Sequence record: PZ445524.1
Source: a phage
Direction: 5' to 3' (one strand)
DNA length: 64,000 bases
A model generated the notes under the pieces. It was not told where the DNA came from. It saw nothing but the letters and a program-made list of their open reading frames with translations, and ran no database searches. Numbering within the stretch: the first letter of the stretch is position 1; each line of letters opens with the position of its first letter. A program made the position numbers and the translations under genes. Below are positions 10,991 through 21,135 of the stretch, in pieces.

Positions 10991-12409
10991 TTATGGATAG
11001 GTATAGATGATACCAGTTTCTAAAGCAGTTTTATGAATGATGTATCCATTACGCGATTCTTGGACATCAACTTCTGGATAATCTTTCATCATCTTCTGGA
11101 GAGTGTAACGATGCAAGTAGTACTTACTATCTGGATCGTCAGTTTTCCAATCTTTACCTTCTTCAGTCATTTTTTGGATTTCATCCATAACCCACCAACC
11201 GCACCAGATGTAAGCTGAGCTACGGTGTGGAAGAGGATGAACATAAGGTAATTCACCTTCTGGTTCTGGAGCAACTTTATCAGTTACCTGAACTTGACCT
11301 TCTGCCGTAATAGTTTTGCTATCATAATCAGTTGCTGTAACAGTTGCAGTAACTTCAATAGTTTGACTTCCAATAGATGAGGTATCAACGGTGTATACAT
11401 TAGTTGACCCTTCTACAGGAGAAGAATCTTTCTTCCATGAATACGCAATTTGCGCTTCTTCTGGAGCATTAGTGACATTAGCGGTAAATGTAGCCGAAGC
11501 ATCTTGTTGAACGTTAATAGAAGGAGGAGTCAATGTAACCTGTGGATTCATTGTCTTCTTATTAACCGTTAATGTTACTTCATTAGAAGTAACTTCCTTT
11601 TCATTGTAATTTTCAGCAGTTACTTGAGCTACACACTTGATTTTTTTAACTCCACTTGTAGTTGGAGTATAGCTAAATGTAGAGTTAGTTTCTCCACCAA
11701 CTTGTGAATCATCTACATACCACTGATACGTAGCAGACGCTCCATCAGGTTGAGAAGCTAAGGCAGCAGTAAATTGAACTGGGGTTCCAATTACTCCAGC
11801 TGAAGGACTATTAGGAGTTACTGCCAAGGTAGTCGTCTGTGTCTTTTTATTAACAGTCAGTGACACTTCATTAGAAGTAACTTCCTTTGCATCATAATCT
11901 GTCGCGGTTACTTGAGCCACACACTTAATTCTTTTTACCCCGCTTTCGGCAGGAGTGTAATTGAATGTAGCAGAAGTTGCTTCGCCCACAGGAGAACCGT
12001 CAACGTGCCATTGATACGTAGCAGATGCACCTGATGGCTGCGAAGCTAAAGTAGCGGTAAATTCAACAGCTGTTCCGATTACTCCTTCCGGAGGACTATC
12101 AGGAGTTACAGATAAAGTAGTTGTTTGTGTCTTATTTTGAACTGTGATAGTTGTAGTAGCTTCTGCTGTTTCAGCTTCAGCTTCTGGAACTGTATTTGTT
12201 GCAACTACTTTAATAGTCTTTTGACCGGCAGGTCCTTTTAGTACATAACTAAAAGTTGCTTCAGCTCCATCTTGTGGAACATCATCTACAGTCCAAGCAT
12301 ATGTAATAGGTCCATCTCCAGTTTGACCACTGGGTGTAGCAGTAAACTGCTGAGTCTGATCTATAACTCCAGTAGGTGTTTTAGGAGTTATATCAACTGT
12401 AAAAGCCAT
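10991..12409 (-). CDS. hoc: head outer capsid protein Hoc with four Ig-like domains
   Basis: 472 aa; N-terminus and C-terminal capsid-binding region match remembered T4 Hoc (376 aa), plus one extra 96-aa Ig-like unit. Confidence 0.9.
   Translation of the reverse strand: MAFTVDITPKTPTGVIDQTQQFTATPSGQTGDGPITYAWTVDDVPQDGAEATFSYVLKGPAGQKTIKVVATNTVPEAEAETAEATTTITVQNKTQTTTLSVTPDSPPEGVIGTAVEFTATLASQPSGASATYQWHVDGSPVGEATSATFNYTPAESGVKRIKCVAQVTATDYDAKEVTSNEVSLTVNKKTQTTTLAVTPNSPSAGVIGTPVQFTAALASQPDGASATYQWYVDDSQVGGETNSTFSYTPTTSGVKKIKCVAQVTAENYNEKEVTSNEVTLTVNKKTMNPQVTLTPPSINVQQDASATFTANVTNAPEEAQIAYSWKKDSSPVEGSTNVYTVDTSSIGSQTIEVTATVTATDYDSKTITAEGQVQVTDKVAPEPEGELPYVHPLPHRSSAYIWCGWWVMDEIQKMTEEGKDWKTDDPDSKYYLHRYTLQKMMKDYPEVDVQESRNGYIIHKTALETGIIYTYP
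11558..12133 (-). repeat. tandem duplication of a 288-bp Ig-like domain unit inside hoc
   Basis: aa 93-188 and 189-284 are about 80 percent identical (KTQTTTL...VKCVAQVTA...TLTVNK twice). Confidence 0.85.
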
Positions 12410-12418
12410 AAGTTATCC

Positions 12419-13099
12419 TTATTTTAATGTTACGAAAGAAGAATTGCGTGTTTCACGAATTAAAACTGATCCATCGCGATTAATGTAATAAATTAAGCTA
12501 AATAAAGTTTGGTGTGCTGACGCATGCTCAAAACTTGTTGGGTGAGATTTCCAATCCGGAGTTTCAGCAATCCATTGATAAATCCACCATGGAACAGTGC
12601 AGAATCCTGGATTTTTTCCAATCAGCTGAAGATTTGGGCTAAAGTTTTCCGGAAGAGTAAATACAGACGGCTTTTCAGATTCAATAATCTCAGCTACAGC
12701 CTGTTCAAACTTTTCTTCAACAAAGGGAGTATCTTCAATCAAAACTGAGGTATTTTCAGGAATTTTATCCGTTTCTACTACTTCAATTTTAATATCAGAT
12801 TTAACCGGAGAATCAATCAGAAGTGCTGCTTCTGGATTGACTTCTTCATCGTCATATTTTAATCCCTCTGCGGCATCAGCAGCATCAATTAAGTCTTTAA
12901 TAGATAACCCATCAGTCTCTGGCATAGGTTCACTAGCGAGCTTCTGGAGGGCTTCTTCAATATCAACAACGATATTATCAAAAGATTTATTCTTTTTGAC
13001 CTTTATACCAAACTGTTCAGCATATTCAGCTAATTTAGCTTTAGCTTCTTTGTTATCATCAAGAGCCTTCAGCTCTGCAATATAATCTTTATCTATCAT
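12419..13099 (-). CDS. inh: inhibitor of prohead protease Inh
   Basis: 226 aa, T4 Inh length and position after hoc. Confidence 0.85.
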   Translation of the reverse strand: MIDKDYIAELKALDDNKEAKAKLAEYAEQFGIKVKKNKSFDNIVVDIEEALQKLASEPMPETDGLSIKDLIDAADAAEGLKYDDEEVNPEAALLIDSPVKSDIKIEVVETDKIPENTSVLIEDTPFVEEKFEQAVAEIIESEKPSVFTLPENFSPNLQLIGKNPGFCTVPWWIYQWIAETPDWKSHPTSFEHASAHQTLFSLIYYINRDGSVLIRETRNSSFVTLK

Positions 13100-13112
13100 A
13101 ATATTTCCTCAG

Positions 13113-13120
13113 TATAAATA
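13113..13120 (+). promoter_or_regulatory. late promoter TATAAATA upstream of uvsW
   Basis: exact TATAAATA about 30 nt before ATG 13150. Confidence 0.7.
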
Positions 13121-13149
13121 TAGATATATTTATTACATGGTATTTAGAC

Positions 13150-14661
13150 ATGACTGACATTAAAGTACATTTTTATGATTTTAGTCACGTGAGAATTGAT
13201 TGTGAAGAAAGTACATTTCATGAACTCCGTGATTTCTTTAGCTTTGAAGCTGATGGGTATCGTTTTAATCCGAAATACAGATATGGCAACTGGGATGGAC
13301 GAATCCGTCTTTTAGATTATAATCGTCTTCTTCCATTCGGCTTAGTCGGGCAAATTAAAAAGTTCTGTGATAACTTTGGCTATAAAGCCTGGATTGACCC
13401 ACAAATTAACGAAAAAGAAGAATTATCAAGAAAAGATTTTGATGAATGGCTTTCTAAATTAGAAATCTATTCAGGAAATAAAAGAATTGAACCACACTGG
13501 TATCAAAAAGATGCAGTGTTCGAAGGATTAGTTAATCGTCGTAGAATTCTTAATCTTCCAACATCCGCTGGTAAATCGTTAATTCAAGCTTTGCTTGCGC
13601 GATATTATTTGGAAAATTATGAAGGTAAAATTCTTATCATTGTTCCAACAACTGCTTTAACAACTCAGATGGCTGATGACTTCGTTGACTATCGTTTATT
13701 CAGTCATGCAATGATAAAGAAAATTGGCGGCGGAGCATCAAAAGATGATAAATATAAAAATGATGCACCAGTCGTTGTTGGTACATGGCAAACTGTAGTT
13801 AAACAACCAAAAGAATGGTTCTCACAGTTTGGAATGATGATGAATGATGAATGTCATCTTGCTACAGGAAAAAGTATTTCATCCATCATATCAGGTTTAA
13901 ATAACTGCATGTTCAAATTCGGTTTGTCTGGTTCATTACGTGATGGCAAAGCCAATATCATGCAGTATGTTGGAATGTTTGGTGAAATATTTAAGCCAGT
14001 AACGACTTCTAAGTTAATGGAAGATGGACAAGTAACTGAGCTAAAAATTAATAGTATTTTTCTTCGCTATCCCGATGAGTTCACTACTAAATTAAAGGGA
14101 AAAACTTACCAAGAAGAAATAAAAATTATTACTGGGCTCAGTAAAAGAAATAAATGGATCGCTAAATTAGCTATTAAGCTTGCGCAAAAAGATGAAAACG
14201 CTTTTGTCATGTTTAAACATGTATCGCATGGTAAAGCTATTTTCGATTTAATTAAAAATGAATACGATAAAGTTTATTACGTATCAGGGGAAGTTGATAC
14301 CGAAACCCGCAACGTAATGAAAACCTTAGCTGAAAATGGTAAAGGAATAATTATAGTAGCGAGTTATGGTGTATTTTCTACTGGTATTTCAGTTAAAAAT
14401 CTGCATCATGTTGTTTTAGCGCACGGCGTTAAATCAAAAATCATTGTATTACAAACAATCGGTCGTGTATTACGTAAGCATGGTTCTAAAACAGTCGCAA
14501 CAGTCTGGGACCTCATAGATGATTGTGGTGTTAAGCCAAAATCTGCTAATACGAAAAAGAAATATGTTCATTTGAACTATCTTTTAAAACACGGCATTGA
14601 TCGTATTCAGCGCTACGCAGATGAAAAATTTAATTACGTAATGAAAACAGTTAATTTATAA
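13150..14661 (+). CDS. uvsW: UvsW RNA-DNA and DNA-DNA helicase (SF2)
   Basis: 503 aa; Walker A LPTSAGKS and DECH box; T4 UvsW length. Confidence 0.93.
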   Translation: MTDIKVHFYDFSHVRIDCEESTFHELRDFFSFEADGYRFNPKYRYGNWDGRIRLLDYNRLLPFGLVGQIKKFCDNFGYKAWIDPQINEKEELSRKDFDEWLSKLEIYSGNKRIEPHWYQKDAVFEGLVNRRRILNLPTSAGKSLIQALLARYYLENYEGKILIIVPTTALTTQMADDFVDYRLFSHAMIKKIGGGASKDDKYKNDAPVVVGTWQTVVKQPKEWFSQFGMMMNDECHLATGKSISSIISGLNNCMFKFGLSGSLRDGKANIMQYVGMFGEIFKPVTTSKLMEDGQVTELKINSIFLRYPDEFTTKLKGKTYQEEIKIITGLSKRNKWIAKLAIKLAQKDENAFVMFKHVSHGKAIFDLIKNEYDKVYYVSGEVDTETRNVMKTLAENGKGIIIVASYGVFSTGISVKNLHHVVLAHGVKSKIIVLQTIGRVLRKHGSKTVATVWDLIDDCGVKPKSANTKKKYVHLNYLLKHGIDRIQRYADEKFNYVMKTVNL

Positions 14662-14676
14662 GGGCTTCGGCCCTTT
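14662..14676 (+). terminator. hairpin GGGC-TTCG-GCCC after uvsW
   Basis: short GC stem with UUCG loop and TTT; weak. Confidence 0.4.
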
Positions 14677-14686
14677 GGAGAAAAAG

Positions 14687-14917
14687 ATGTTACTAGGATT
14701 TAAACAATTTCTTTATGAAGCTTCTATTGATGAATTTATGGGTAAAATTGCCTCTTGTCAAACATTAGAAGGTTTAGAAGAACTTGAAGCTTATTATAAG
14801 AAAAGAGTCAAAGAAACTGAATTAAAAGATACTGATGACATCTCTGTGAGAGATGCTTTGGCAGGAAAAAGAGCTGAATTAGAAGATTCAGACGATGAAG
14901 TAGAAGAAAGCTTTTAA
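14687..14917 (+). CDS. uvsW.1: UvsW.1 small protein
   Basis: ORF track starts at TTG 14675; in-frame ATG at 14687 gives 76 aa as in T4 UvsW.1. Confidence 0.8.
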   Translation: MLLGFKQFLYEASIDEFMGKIASCQTLEGLEELEAYYKKRVKETELKDTDDISVRDALAGKRAELEDSDDEVEESF

Positions 14918-14972
14918 ATTAAAAAAGGCCCAACCAAAAAGGAAGGGCCAAAACTATAGACTAAAGGTCACA

Positions 14973-15140
14973 CTATAGCAAAAGTTGTGTTTCATTTAAT
15001 TGTTCTTCCGAACTTTCTGAAACTGGTAGTTCTTTAATGTAATTATAGCAAGGCCCAGGATGTACAGGACCTCTGTCTGTTTCAACAACCAATGCAGAAT
15101 CGATTGGAGTTTTACAGACAACACAAATCTTATCTGACAT
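14973..15140 (-). CDS. small hypothetical protein (T4 uvsY.-2 position), Cys-rich
   Basis: 55-aa ORF below the 60-aa track cutoff, found by translation (MSDKICVVCKTPID...); late promoter at 15164..15171. Confidence 0.55.
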   Translation of the reverse strand: MSDKICVVCKTPIDSALVVETDRGPVHPGPCYNYIKELPVSESSEEQLNETQLLL

Positions 15141-15163
15141 GATTGTCTCCTCTGAATTATATC

Positions 15164-15171
15164 TATTTATA
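15164..15171 (-). promoter_or_regulatory. late promoter TATAAATA (minus strand)
   Basis: reverse complement TATAAATA 24 nt upstream of the 14973..15140 ORF. Confidence 0.6.
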
Positions 15172-15391
15172 CAACTCTCATATGCATATCAATGCCCATA
15201 TCTTTAGAATAAAAATATTCATCAAGATATCCGGCAAATTTTCCTTTAATATAAAGGACATCTTCACCACACGGGTGGTCGGCCAGGATACGAATATCCT
15301 GACGCTTAAGATTATGCTTTTTCATTAAGAATTGAATTTCCGTTTCAAATTCTTCTTCATAATTAAAAGCATCATCAATGCTATATCTCAT
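15167..15391 (-). CDS. hypothetical protein (T4 uvsY.-1 position)
   Basis: 74 aa ORF directly downstream of uvsY. Confidence 0.7.
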   Translation of the reverse strand: MRYSIDDAFNYEEEFETEIQFLMKKHNLKRQDIRILADHPCGEDVLYIKGKFAGYLDEYFYSKDMGIDMHMRVV

Positions 15392-15804
15392 TATTTTCCA
15401 GCCTCAAATGCTCGCATGTCTTGAATATGCTTAATAGCAAATCCACGTGATTTAATAGCATCAAGAGCTCCGCTACAGAAATCTAATAAAATTCCCCAAT
15501 ATTGTAATGAAGTATCAACCTTTAAAACATCCTTATCAGCTGATAGAACTGTCTTCATTTCTGATTTCTCGTAACGATCCATACTAAATTCATCACCATC
15601 TCCTCGTCCCGAGTAGTAGTCTAATTTAGCTTTAAGAGCAACTTTTTTCTGTGCATCAATTCTAAGCATTTCCTTTTTAATACTTGAATGCTTATTAAGC
15701 CATTTACTATATAACATCACATTATTAGCTGCTTCATACTGTAATTTAGTCGAATCTATAAACACATCTTTCTTCAATTCTTCTTGAAGATCTTCTAATC
15801 TCAT
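15391..15804 (-). CDS. uvsY: UvsY recombination mediator
   Basis: 137 aa, MRLEDLQEELKKDVFIDSTKLQYEAANN matches remembered T4 UvsY. Confidence 0.93.
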   Translation of the reverse strand: MRLEDLQEELKKDVFIDSTKLQYEAANNVMLYSKWLNKHSSIKKEMLRIDAQKKVALKAKLDYYSGRGDGDEFSMDRYEKSEMKTVLSADKDVLKVDTSLQYWGILLDFCSGALDAIKSRGFAIKHIQDMRAFEAGK

Positions 15805-15854
15805 ATTGTTCTCTATTCAATTGTTATTGGTTGTTATTGGATGGACTTAGATTC

Positions 15855-15880
15855 ATTATACCACGTTTTAACGTGAAGCA
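15855..15880 (-). promoter_or_regulatory. MotA-dependent middle promoter upstream of uvsY
   Basis: minus strand TGCTTCA, 13-nt spacer, then TATAAT. Confidence 0.65.
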
Positions 15881-16279
15881 TTATACTCTATTACTGGAAG
15901 CCAATTGCAGTTTTATCTGCTCAATATCATCAGGATTATCGATGACCGAAAAGCGTATTTCTACTATCAGAGTATAATCATCATAAACGGGTATCACATT
16001 AACTGATAATTTATCAATACGTGGCTCATAGTTTCTTACTGCGCTTTCGATATTGCGTTCAACCGTGTCAGCAGTAAGAGGAGTCATATTTTCAAAAAGC
16101 TGGTCTGATAAATCACAACCAAATTCAGGGTCAAACGGTCTTGAACCTTTTCTTGTTGTAATAATTCCCAAAAGACTGTTTTTAATTGACCTTAATCCAA
16201 GCGATCTGGAAACGTCTTTGTTCCAATCCATTTTCATTTCCGGGTCAATGTCAGAATAAAGCTTATTAATATTTGACAT
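15881..16279 (-). CDS. 25: baseplate wedge subunit gp25
   Basis: 132 aa, T4 gp25 length. Confidence 0.92.
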   Translation of the reverse strand: MSNINKLYSDIDPEMKMDWNKDVSRSLGLRSIKNSLLGIITTRKGSRPFDPEFGCDLSDQLFENMTPLTADTVERNIESAVRNYEPRIDKLSVNVIPVYDDYTLIVEIRFSVIDNPDDIEQIKLQLASSNRV

Positions 16280-16905
16280 TATAGTAACTCAAAGAACTCT
16301 TTGAGGCCTCTTATTACGTGAGCATGGGTTTTTCCACACTCTGGACACTTAATTGGAACAGCCAAATAAACGGTAGGCTTTAAAAGCATATCTTTTATAG
16401 CTACAATATCTGACTCTGTGATGATAGAATATAAATCTTCCAGTTCTTTTTCATTTAAGTCTTCAACTGGAATGCTTTCACCGTTAGCATGAATCGTTTC
16501 TATGCATGATACTATCATGTGGGCTATATTTTTATCATCAAAAATTTTAGGGTATCGGAATTTAATTTTAATGTCACCCAGTGTATACCAGAGGTCTTCT
16601 GGTGCATCTATTTGTGTATGTAATAGATTTATATGGGTTGGTATTTCAGTTCCACAGGTGCACTTCCAGGAGTTTTCGTGATTAACTTCGCCGAGAGAAT
16701 GTGCCCATAAATGAATCAGCAGTAGTTCTGATTCTTGGCGGTTTAAATCTTTTGCATTTGTGCAGTCTTTGATTAGCTTTTTAACAATTACTTCTACAGA
16801 ACCATTATTTTTGGCAGTAATAAGTTCTAGATATTCTTTAAGCGTGAATGCGCGACAATTGATTATTTTAGAACCAACTCTCACATCAAATTTGTATTCA
16901 TACAT
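16279..16905 (-). CDS. 26: baseplate hub subunit gp26
   Basis: 208 aa, T4 gp26 length and position. Confidence 0.9.
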   Translation of the reverse strand: MYEYKFDVRVGSKIINCRAFTLKEYLELITAKNNGSVEVIVKKLIKDCTNAKDLNRQESELLLIHLWAHSLGEVNHENSWKCTCGTEIPTHINLLHTQIDAPEDLWYTLGDIKIKFRYPKIFDDKNIAHMIVSCIETIHANGESIPVEDLNEKELEDLYSIITESDIVAIKDMLLKPTVYLAVPIKCPECGKTHAHVIRGLKEFFELL

Positions 16906-16926
16906 ATTTAGCTCCTTTATTTATCA

Positions 16927-16938
16927 TATTTATAAATA
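16927..16938. promoter_or_regulatory. overlapping divergent late promoters for genes 26 (-) and 51 (+)
   Basis: TATTTATAAATA contains TATAAATA on both strands (minus 16927..16934, plus 16931..16938). Confidence 0.65.
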
Positions 16939-16955
16939 GAATAAAAGGAGCATCT

Positions 16956-17705
16956 ATGGCAAACATTATTCGTTGTAAATTACCAGATGGTGTTCATCGT
17001 TTTAAACCATTTACGGTAGAAGATTATCGAGATTTTTTGTTAGTTCGAAACGATATAGAACATCGGTCACCACAAGAACAAAAAGAAATAATTACTGATT
17101 TAATTGATGATTATTTTGGAGACTATCCGAAGACTTGGCAACCATTTATATTTTTGCAGGTATTTGTAGGGTCGATAGGTAAAACTAAAGTACCGGTCAC
17201 ATTTGTATGTCCAAAATGTAAAAAAGAAAAGACAGTTCCATTTGAAATATATCAAAAAGAATTAAAGGAACCTGTTTTTGATGTAGCTAATGTTAAAATT
17301 AAATTAAAGTTTCCTTCTGAGTTTTATGAAAATAAAGCAAAGATGATTACTGAAAATATTCATTCTGTTCAAGTAGATGAAACTTGGTATGATTGGAAGG
17401 AAATTAGCGAGTCCAGTCAAATAGAACTCGTTGACGCCATCGAGATAGAAACATTAGAAAAAATTCTCGATGCAATGAATCCTATTAATTTAACTCTACA
17501 TATGTCATGCTGTAATAAGTACATTAAAAAATACACTGATATAGTAGACGTGTTTAAGCTATTAGTTAACCCAGATGAGATATTTACTTTTTATCAAATT
17601 AATCACACACTCGTAAAAAGTAATTATAGCTTAAATTCAATAATGAAAATGATTCCTGCTGAGCGCGGATTCGTATTAAAACTGATTGAGAAGGATAAAC
17701 AATAA
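16956..17705 (+). CDS. 51: baseplate hub assembly catalyst gp51
   Basis: 249 aa, T4 gp51 length. Confidence 0.9.
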   Translation: MANIIRCKLPDGVHRFKPFTVEDYRDFLLVRNDIEHRSPQEQKEIITDLIDDYFGDYPKTWQPFIFLQVFVGSIGKTKVPVTFVCPKCKKEKTVPFEIYQKELKEPVFDVANVKIKLKFPSEFYENKAKMITENIHSVQVDETWYDWKEISESSQIELVDAIEIETLEKILDAMNPINLTLHMSCCNKYIKKYTDIVDVFKLLVNPDEIFTFYQINHTLVKSNYSLNSIMKMIPAERGFVLKLIEKDKQ

Positions 17706-18880
17706 TGAGTATGTTGCAACGCCCCGGATATCCAAATCTCAGCGTTAAATTATTTGATAGCTACGACGCTTGGAGTAATAATAGATTTGTTGAATTAGCT
17801 GCTACTATTACCACATTAACTATGCGGGATTCTCTTTATGGACGAAATGAAGGAATGCTGCAGTTTTATGATTCTAAAAACATCCATACAAAAATGGATG
17901 GAAATGAAATAATTCAGATTTCTGTAGCTAATGCAAATGATATTAATAATGTTAAAACACGAATTTATGGATGTAAACATTTTTCCGTGTCAGTAGATTC
18001 AAAAGGTGATAACATCATTGCTATTGAATTGGGAACTATTCATTCTATAGAAAATCTTAAATTTGGTCGACCATTTTTCCCTGATGCAGGTGAATCTATA
18101 AAAGAAATGCTTGGCGTCATTTATCAAGACCGCACATTATTAACTCCAGCAATAAATGCTATAAATGCTTATGTTCCTGATATTCCATGGACCAGCACAT
18201 TTGAAAACTATTTGTCATATGTAAGAGAAGTTGCTCTAGCTGTAGGAAGCGACAAATTTGTATTTGTATGGCAAGACATCATGGGAGTTAACATGATGGA
18301 CTATGATATGATGATAAATCAAGAACCATATCCAATGATTGTCGGTGAGCCATCTTTAATAGGTCAATTCATCCAAGAATTAAAATATCCATTAGCATAT
18401 GATTTCGTTTGGTTGACTAAATCGAATCCTCACAAACGTGACCCAATGAAAAATGCTACTATCTATGCTCATTCATTTTTAGATTCTTCAATACCAATGA
18501 TTACTACAGGAAAAGGTGAAAACTCTATTGTGGTGTCAAGGTCAGGTGCTTATTCTGAAATGACTTATAGGAATGGATATGAAGAAGCTATTCGTCTTCA
18601 AACTATGGCGCAATACGATGGCTATGCTAAATGTTCTACTGTCGGTAATTTTAACTTGACACCTGGCGTTAAAATTATTTTTAATGATAGTAAAAACCAA
18701 TTTAAAACAGAATTTTACGTTGATGAAGTCATCCATGAATTATCCAATAATAATTCAGTAACTCATCTATATATGTTCACTAATGCAACGAAACTGGAAA
18801 CAATAGACCCAGTTAAGGTTAAAAATGAATTTAAATCTGATACTACCACTGAAGAAAGTAGTTCTTCCAATAAGCAATAA
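17705..18880 (+). CDS. 27: baseplate hub subunit gp27
   Basis: 391 aa, T4 gp27 length. Confidence 0.92.
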   Translation: MSMLQRPGYPNLSVKLFDSYDAWSNNRFVELAATITTLTMRDSLYGRNEGMLQFYDSKNIHTKMDGNEIIQISVANANDINNVKTRIYGCKHFSVSVDSKGDNIIAIELGTIHSIENLKFGRPFFPDAGESIKEMLGVIYQDRTLLTPAINAINAYVPDIPWTSTFENYLSYVREVALAVGSDKFVFVWQDIMGVNMMDYDMMINQEPYPMIVGEPSLIGQFIQELKYPLAYDFVWLTKSNPHKRDPMKNATIYAHSFLDSSIPMITTGKGENSIVVSRSGAYSEMTYRNGYEEAIRLQTMAQYDGYAKCSTVGNFNLTPGVKIIFNDSKNQFKTEFYVDEVIHELSNNNSVTHLYMFTNATKLETIDPVKVKNEFKSDTTTEESSSSNKQ

Positions 18881-19358
18881 AGAAGTTTCTATTCCTAAAA
18901 TGGGTCTTAAACACTATAACATTTTAAAAGATGTTAAAGGTCCTGATGAAAATTTAAAACTTCTTATTGATTCTATTTGTCCGAATTTATCACCGGCAGA
19001 AGTTGATTTCGTTTCTATTCATTTATTGGAATTTAATGGAAAGATTAAATCTCATAAAGAAATAGATGGTTATACTTATGACATTAATGATGTCTATGTA
19101 TGCCAAAGATTAGAATTTCAATACCAAGGAAATACATTTTATTTTAGACCTCCTGGAAAATTTGAACAATTTTTAACAGTGAGCGATATGTTATCTAAAT
19201 GCTTGCTTAAGGTCAATGATGAAGTTAAAGAAATTAATTTTCTTGAGATGCCAGCATTCGTTTTAAAATGGGCAAATGATATTTTTACAACTTTAGCAAT
19301 TCCTGGCCCTAATGGTCCAATAACTGGAATTGGCAATATTATTGGATTATTTGAATGA
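18825..19358 (+). CDS. 28: baseplate hub distal subunit gp28
   Basis: 177 aa, overlaps 3' end of gene 27 as in T4. Confidence 0.85.
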   Translation: MNLNLILPLKKVVLPISNKEVSIPKMGLKHYNILKDVKGPDENLKLLIDSICPNLSPAEVDFVSIHLLEFNGKIKSHKEIDGYTYDINDVYVCQRLEFQYQGNTFYFRPPGKFEQFLTVSDMLSKCLLKVNDEVKEINFLEMPAFVLKWANDIFTTLAIPGPNGPITGIGNIIGLFE

Positions 19359-21127
19359 AAAAGCCACAAGAAATGCAAACGATGCGTAGAAAAGTTATTT
19401 CAGATAATAAACCAACACAGGAAGCGGCTAAATCCGCTTCCAATACTTTATCTGGACTTAATGATATATCTACGAAATTGGATGATGCTCAAGCTGCTTC
19501 TGAATTAATAGCTCAAACTGTTGAAGAAAAATCGAATGAAATAGTTGGAGCAATTGACAACGTAGAAAGCGCAGTGAGTGATACTACTGCCGGTTCTGAG
19601 TTAATTGCTGAAACTGTCGAAATTGGCAACAATATTAATAAAGAAATCGGTGAATCACTCGGAAGCAAATTAGATAAATTAACAAGTTTACTAGAGCAAA
19701 AAATTCAGACAGCTGGAATTCAACAGACTGGGACTAGTTTAGCCACAGTTGAAAGCGCTATTCCTGTTAAAGTCGTTGAGGATGATACTGCTGAATCTGT
19801 GGGTCCTTTATTACCAGCTCCCGAAGCAGTTAATAATGATCCTGACGCTGATTTTTTCCCTACCCCTCAACCAGTTGAACCCAAACAAGAATCACCAGAA
19901 GAAAAACAGAAAAAAGAAGCATTTAACTTAAAATTATCTCAAGCTTTAGATAAATTAACAAAGACAGTTGATTTTGGATTTAAGAAATCTATTTCAATTA
20001 CTGATAAAATATCAAGCATGCTATTTAAGTACACCGTCAGTGCTGCTATTGAAGCTGCTAAAATGACTGCAATGATATTGGCTGTTGTTGTTGGAATAGA
20101 CCTGTTGATGGTTCATTTTAAATACTGGTCAGATAAATTTTCACAAGCCTGGGATTTATTTAATACTGACTTTACTAAATTCTCTAGCGAAACCGGAACA
20201 TGGGGTCCTTTATTACAGAGCATCTTTGGTTCTATTGATAAAATTCAACAATTTTGGGAAAAGGGAGATTGGGGTGGATTGACAGCAGCTATCATAGAAG
20301 GACTCGGAAGTGTTCTTTTTAATTTAGGAGAGCTTATTCAATTAGGTATGGCTAAATTATCTGCTGCAATTCTTCGAGTCATTCCTGGCATGAAAGACAC
20401 TGCTGATGAAGTAGAAGGAAGAGCACTGGAAAATTTCCAAAATACTACTGGAGCATCTCTCAATAAAGAAGACCAGGAAAAAGTTGCAAATTATCAGTAC
20501 AAAAGAATGAATGGAGACCTTGGCCCGATAGCAAAAGGATTAGACAAAATTGCGAACTGGAAAACTCGTGCATCTAACTGGATTCGTGGTGTAGATAATA
20601 AAGAAGCACTAACAACTGATGAAGAGAGAGCAGAGGAAGAAGAAAAATTAAAGCAGCTTTCTCCAGAGGAAGCTAAAATTGCTTTAATGAAAGCTAATGA
20701 AGCTCGTGCTGCTATGAATCGTTTTGAAAAATATGCTGATTCAGCTGATATGAGTAAAGACTCAACGGTTAAATCTGTTGAATCTGCCTATGAAGACCTT
20801 AAAAAACGGATGGATGACCCGGATTTAAACAATTCACCGGCAGTTAAAAAAGAACTTGCTGCTAGATTTTCTAAAATTGATGCTACTTATCAAGAGCTCA
20901 AGAAAAATCAGCCTAATGCCAAACCTGAAACTTCTGCTAAATCGCCAGAAGCGAAACAGGTCCAGGTTATTGAAAAGAACAAAGCACAGCAAGCTCCTGT
21001 TCAGCAAGCATCTCCTTCAATCAGTAATACTAATAATGTTATTAAGAAAAATACTGTCGTTCATAATATGACACCTGTCACAAGCACAACTGCTCCTGGT
21101 GTATTTGATGCGACTGGAGTTAATTAA
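19355..21127 (+). CDS. 29: baseplate hub subunit and tail length determinator gp29
   Basis: 590 aa, T4 gp29 length. Confidence 0.92.
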   Translation: MKKPQEMQTMRRKVISDNKPTQEAAKSASNTLSGLNDISTKLDDAQAASELIAQTVEEKSNEIVGAIDNVESAVSDTTAGSELIAETVEIGNNINKEIGESLGSKLDKLTSLLEQKIQTAGIQQTGTSLATVESAIPVKVVEDDTAESVGPLLPAPEAVNNDPDADFFPTPQPVEPKQESPEEKQKKEAFNLKLSQALDKLTKTVDFGFKKSISITDKISSMLFKYTVSAAIEAAKMTAMILAVVVGIDLLMVHFKYWSDKFSQAWDLFNTDFTKFSSETGTWGPLLQSIFGSIDKIQQFWEKGDWGGLTAAIIEGLGSVLFNLGELIQLGMAKLSAAILRVIPGMKDTADEVEGRALENFQNTTGASLNKEDQEKVANYQYKRMNGDLGPIAKGLDKIANWKTRASNWIRGVDNKEALTTDEERAEEEEKLKQLSPEEAKIALMKANEARAAMNRFEKYADSADMSKDSTVKSVESAYEDLKKRMDDPDLNNSPAVKKELAARFSKIDATYQELKKNQPNAKPETSAKSPEAKQVQVIEKNKAQQAPVQQASPSISNTNNVIKKNTVVHNMTPVTSTTAPGVFDATGVN

Positions 21128-21135
21128 GGAATAAT

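Noticed and set aside
14675-14686. TTG start giving an 80-aa UvsW.1
   Set aside because: The in-frame ATG at 14687 gives the 76-aa product expected for T4; the TTG lies within the uvsW terminator hairpin.
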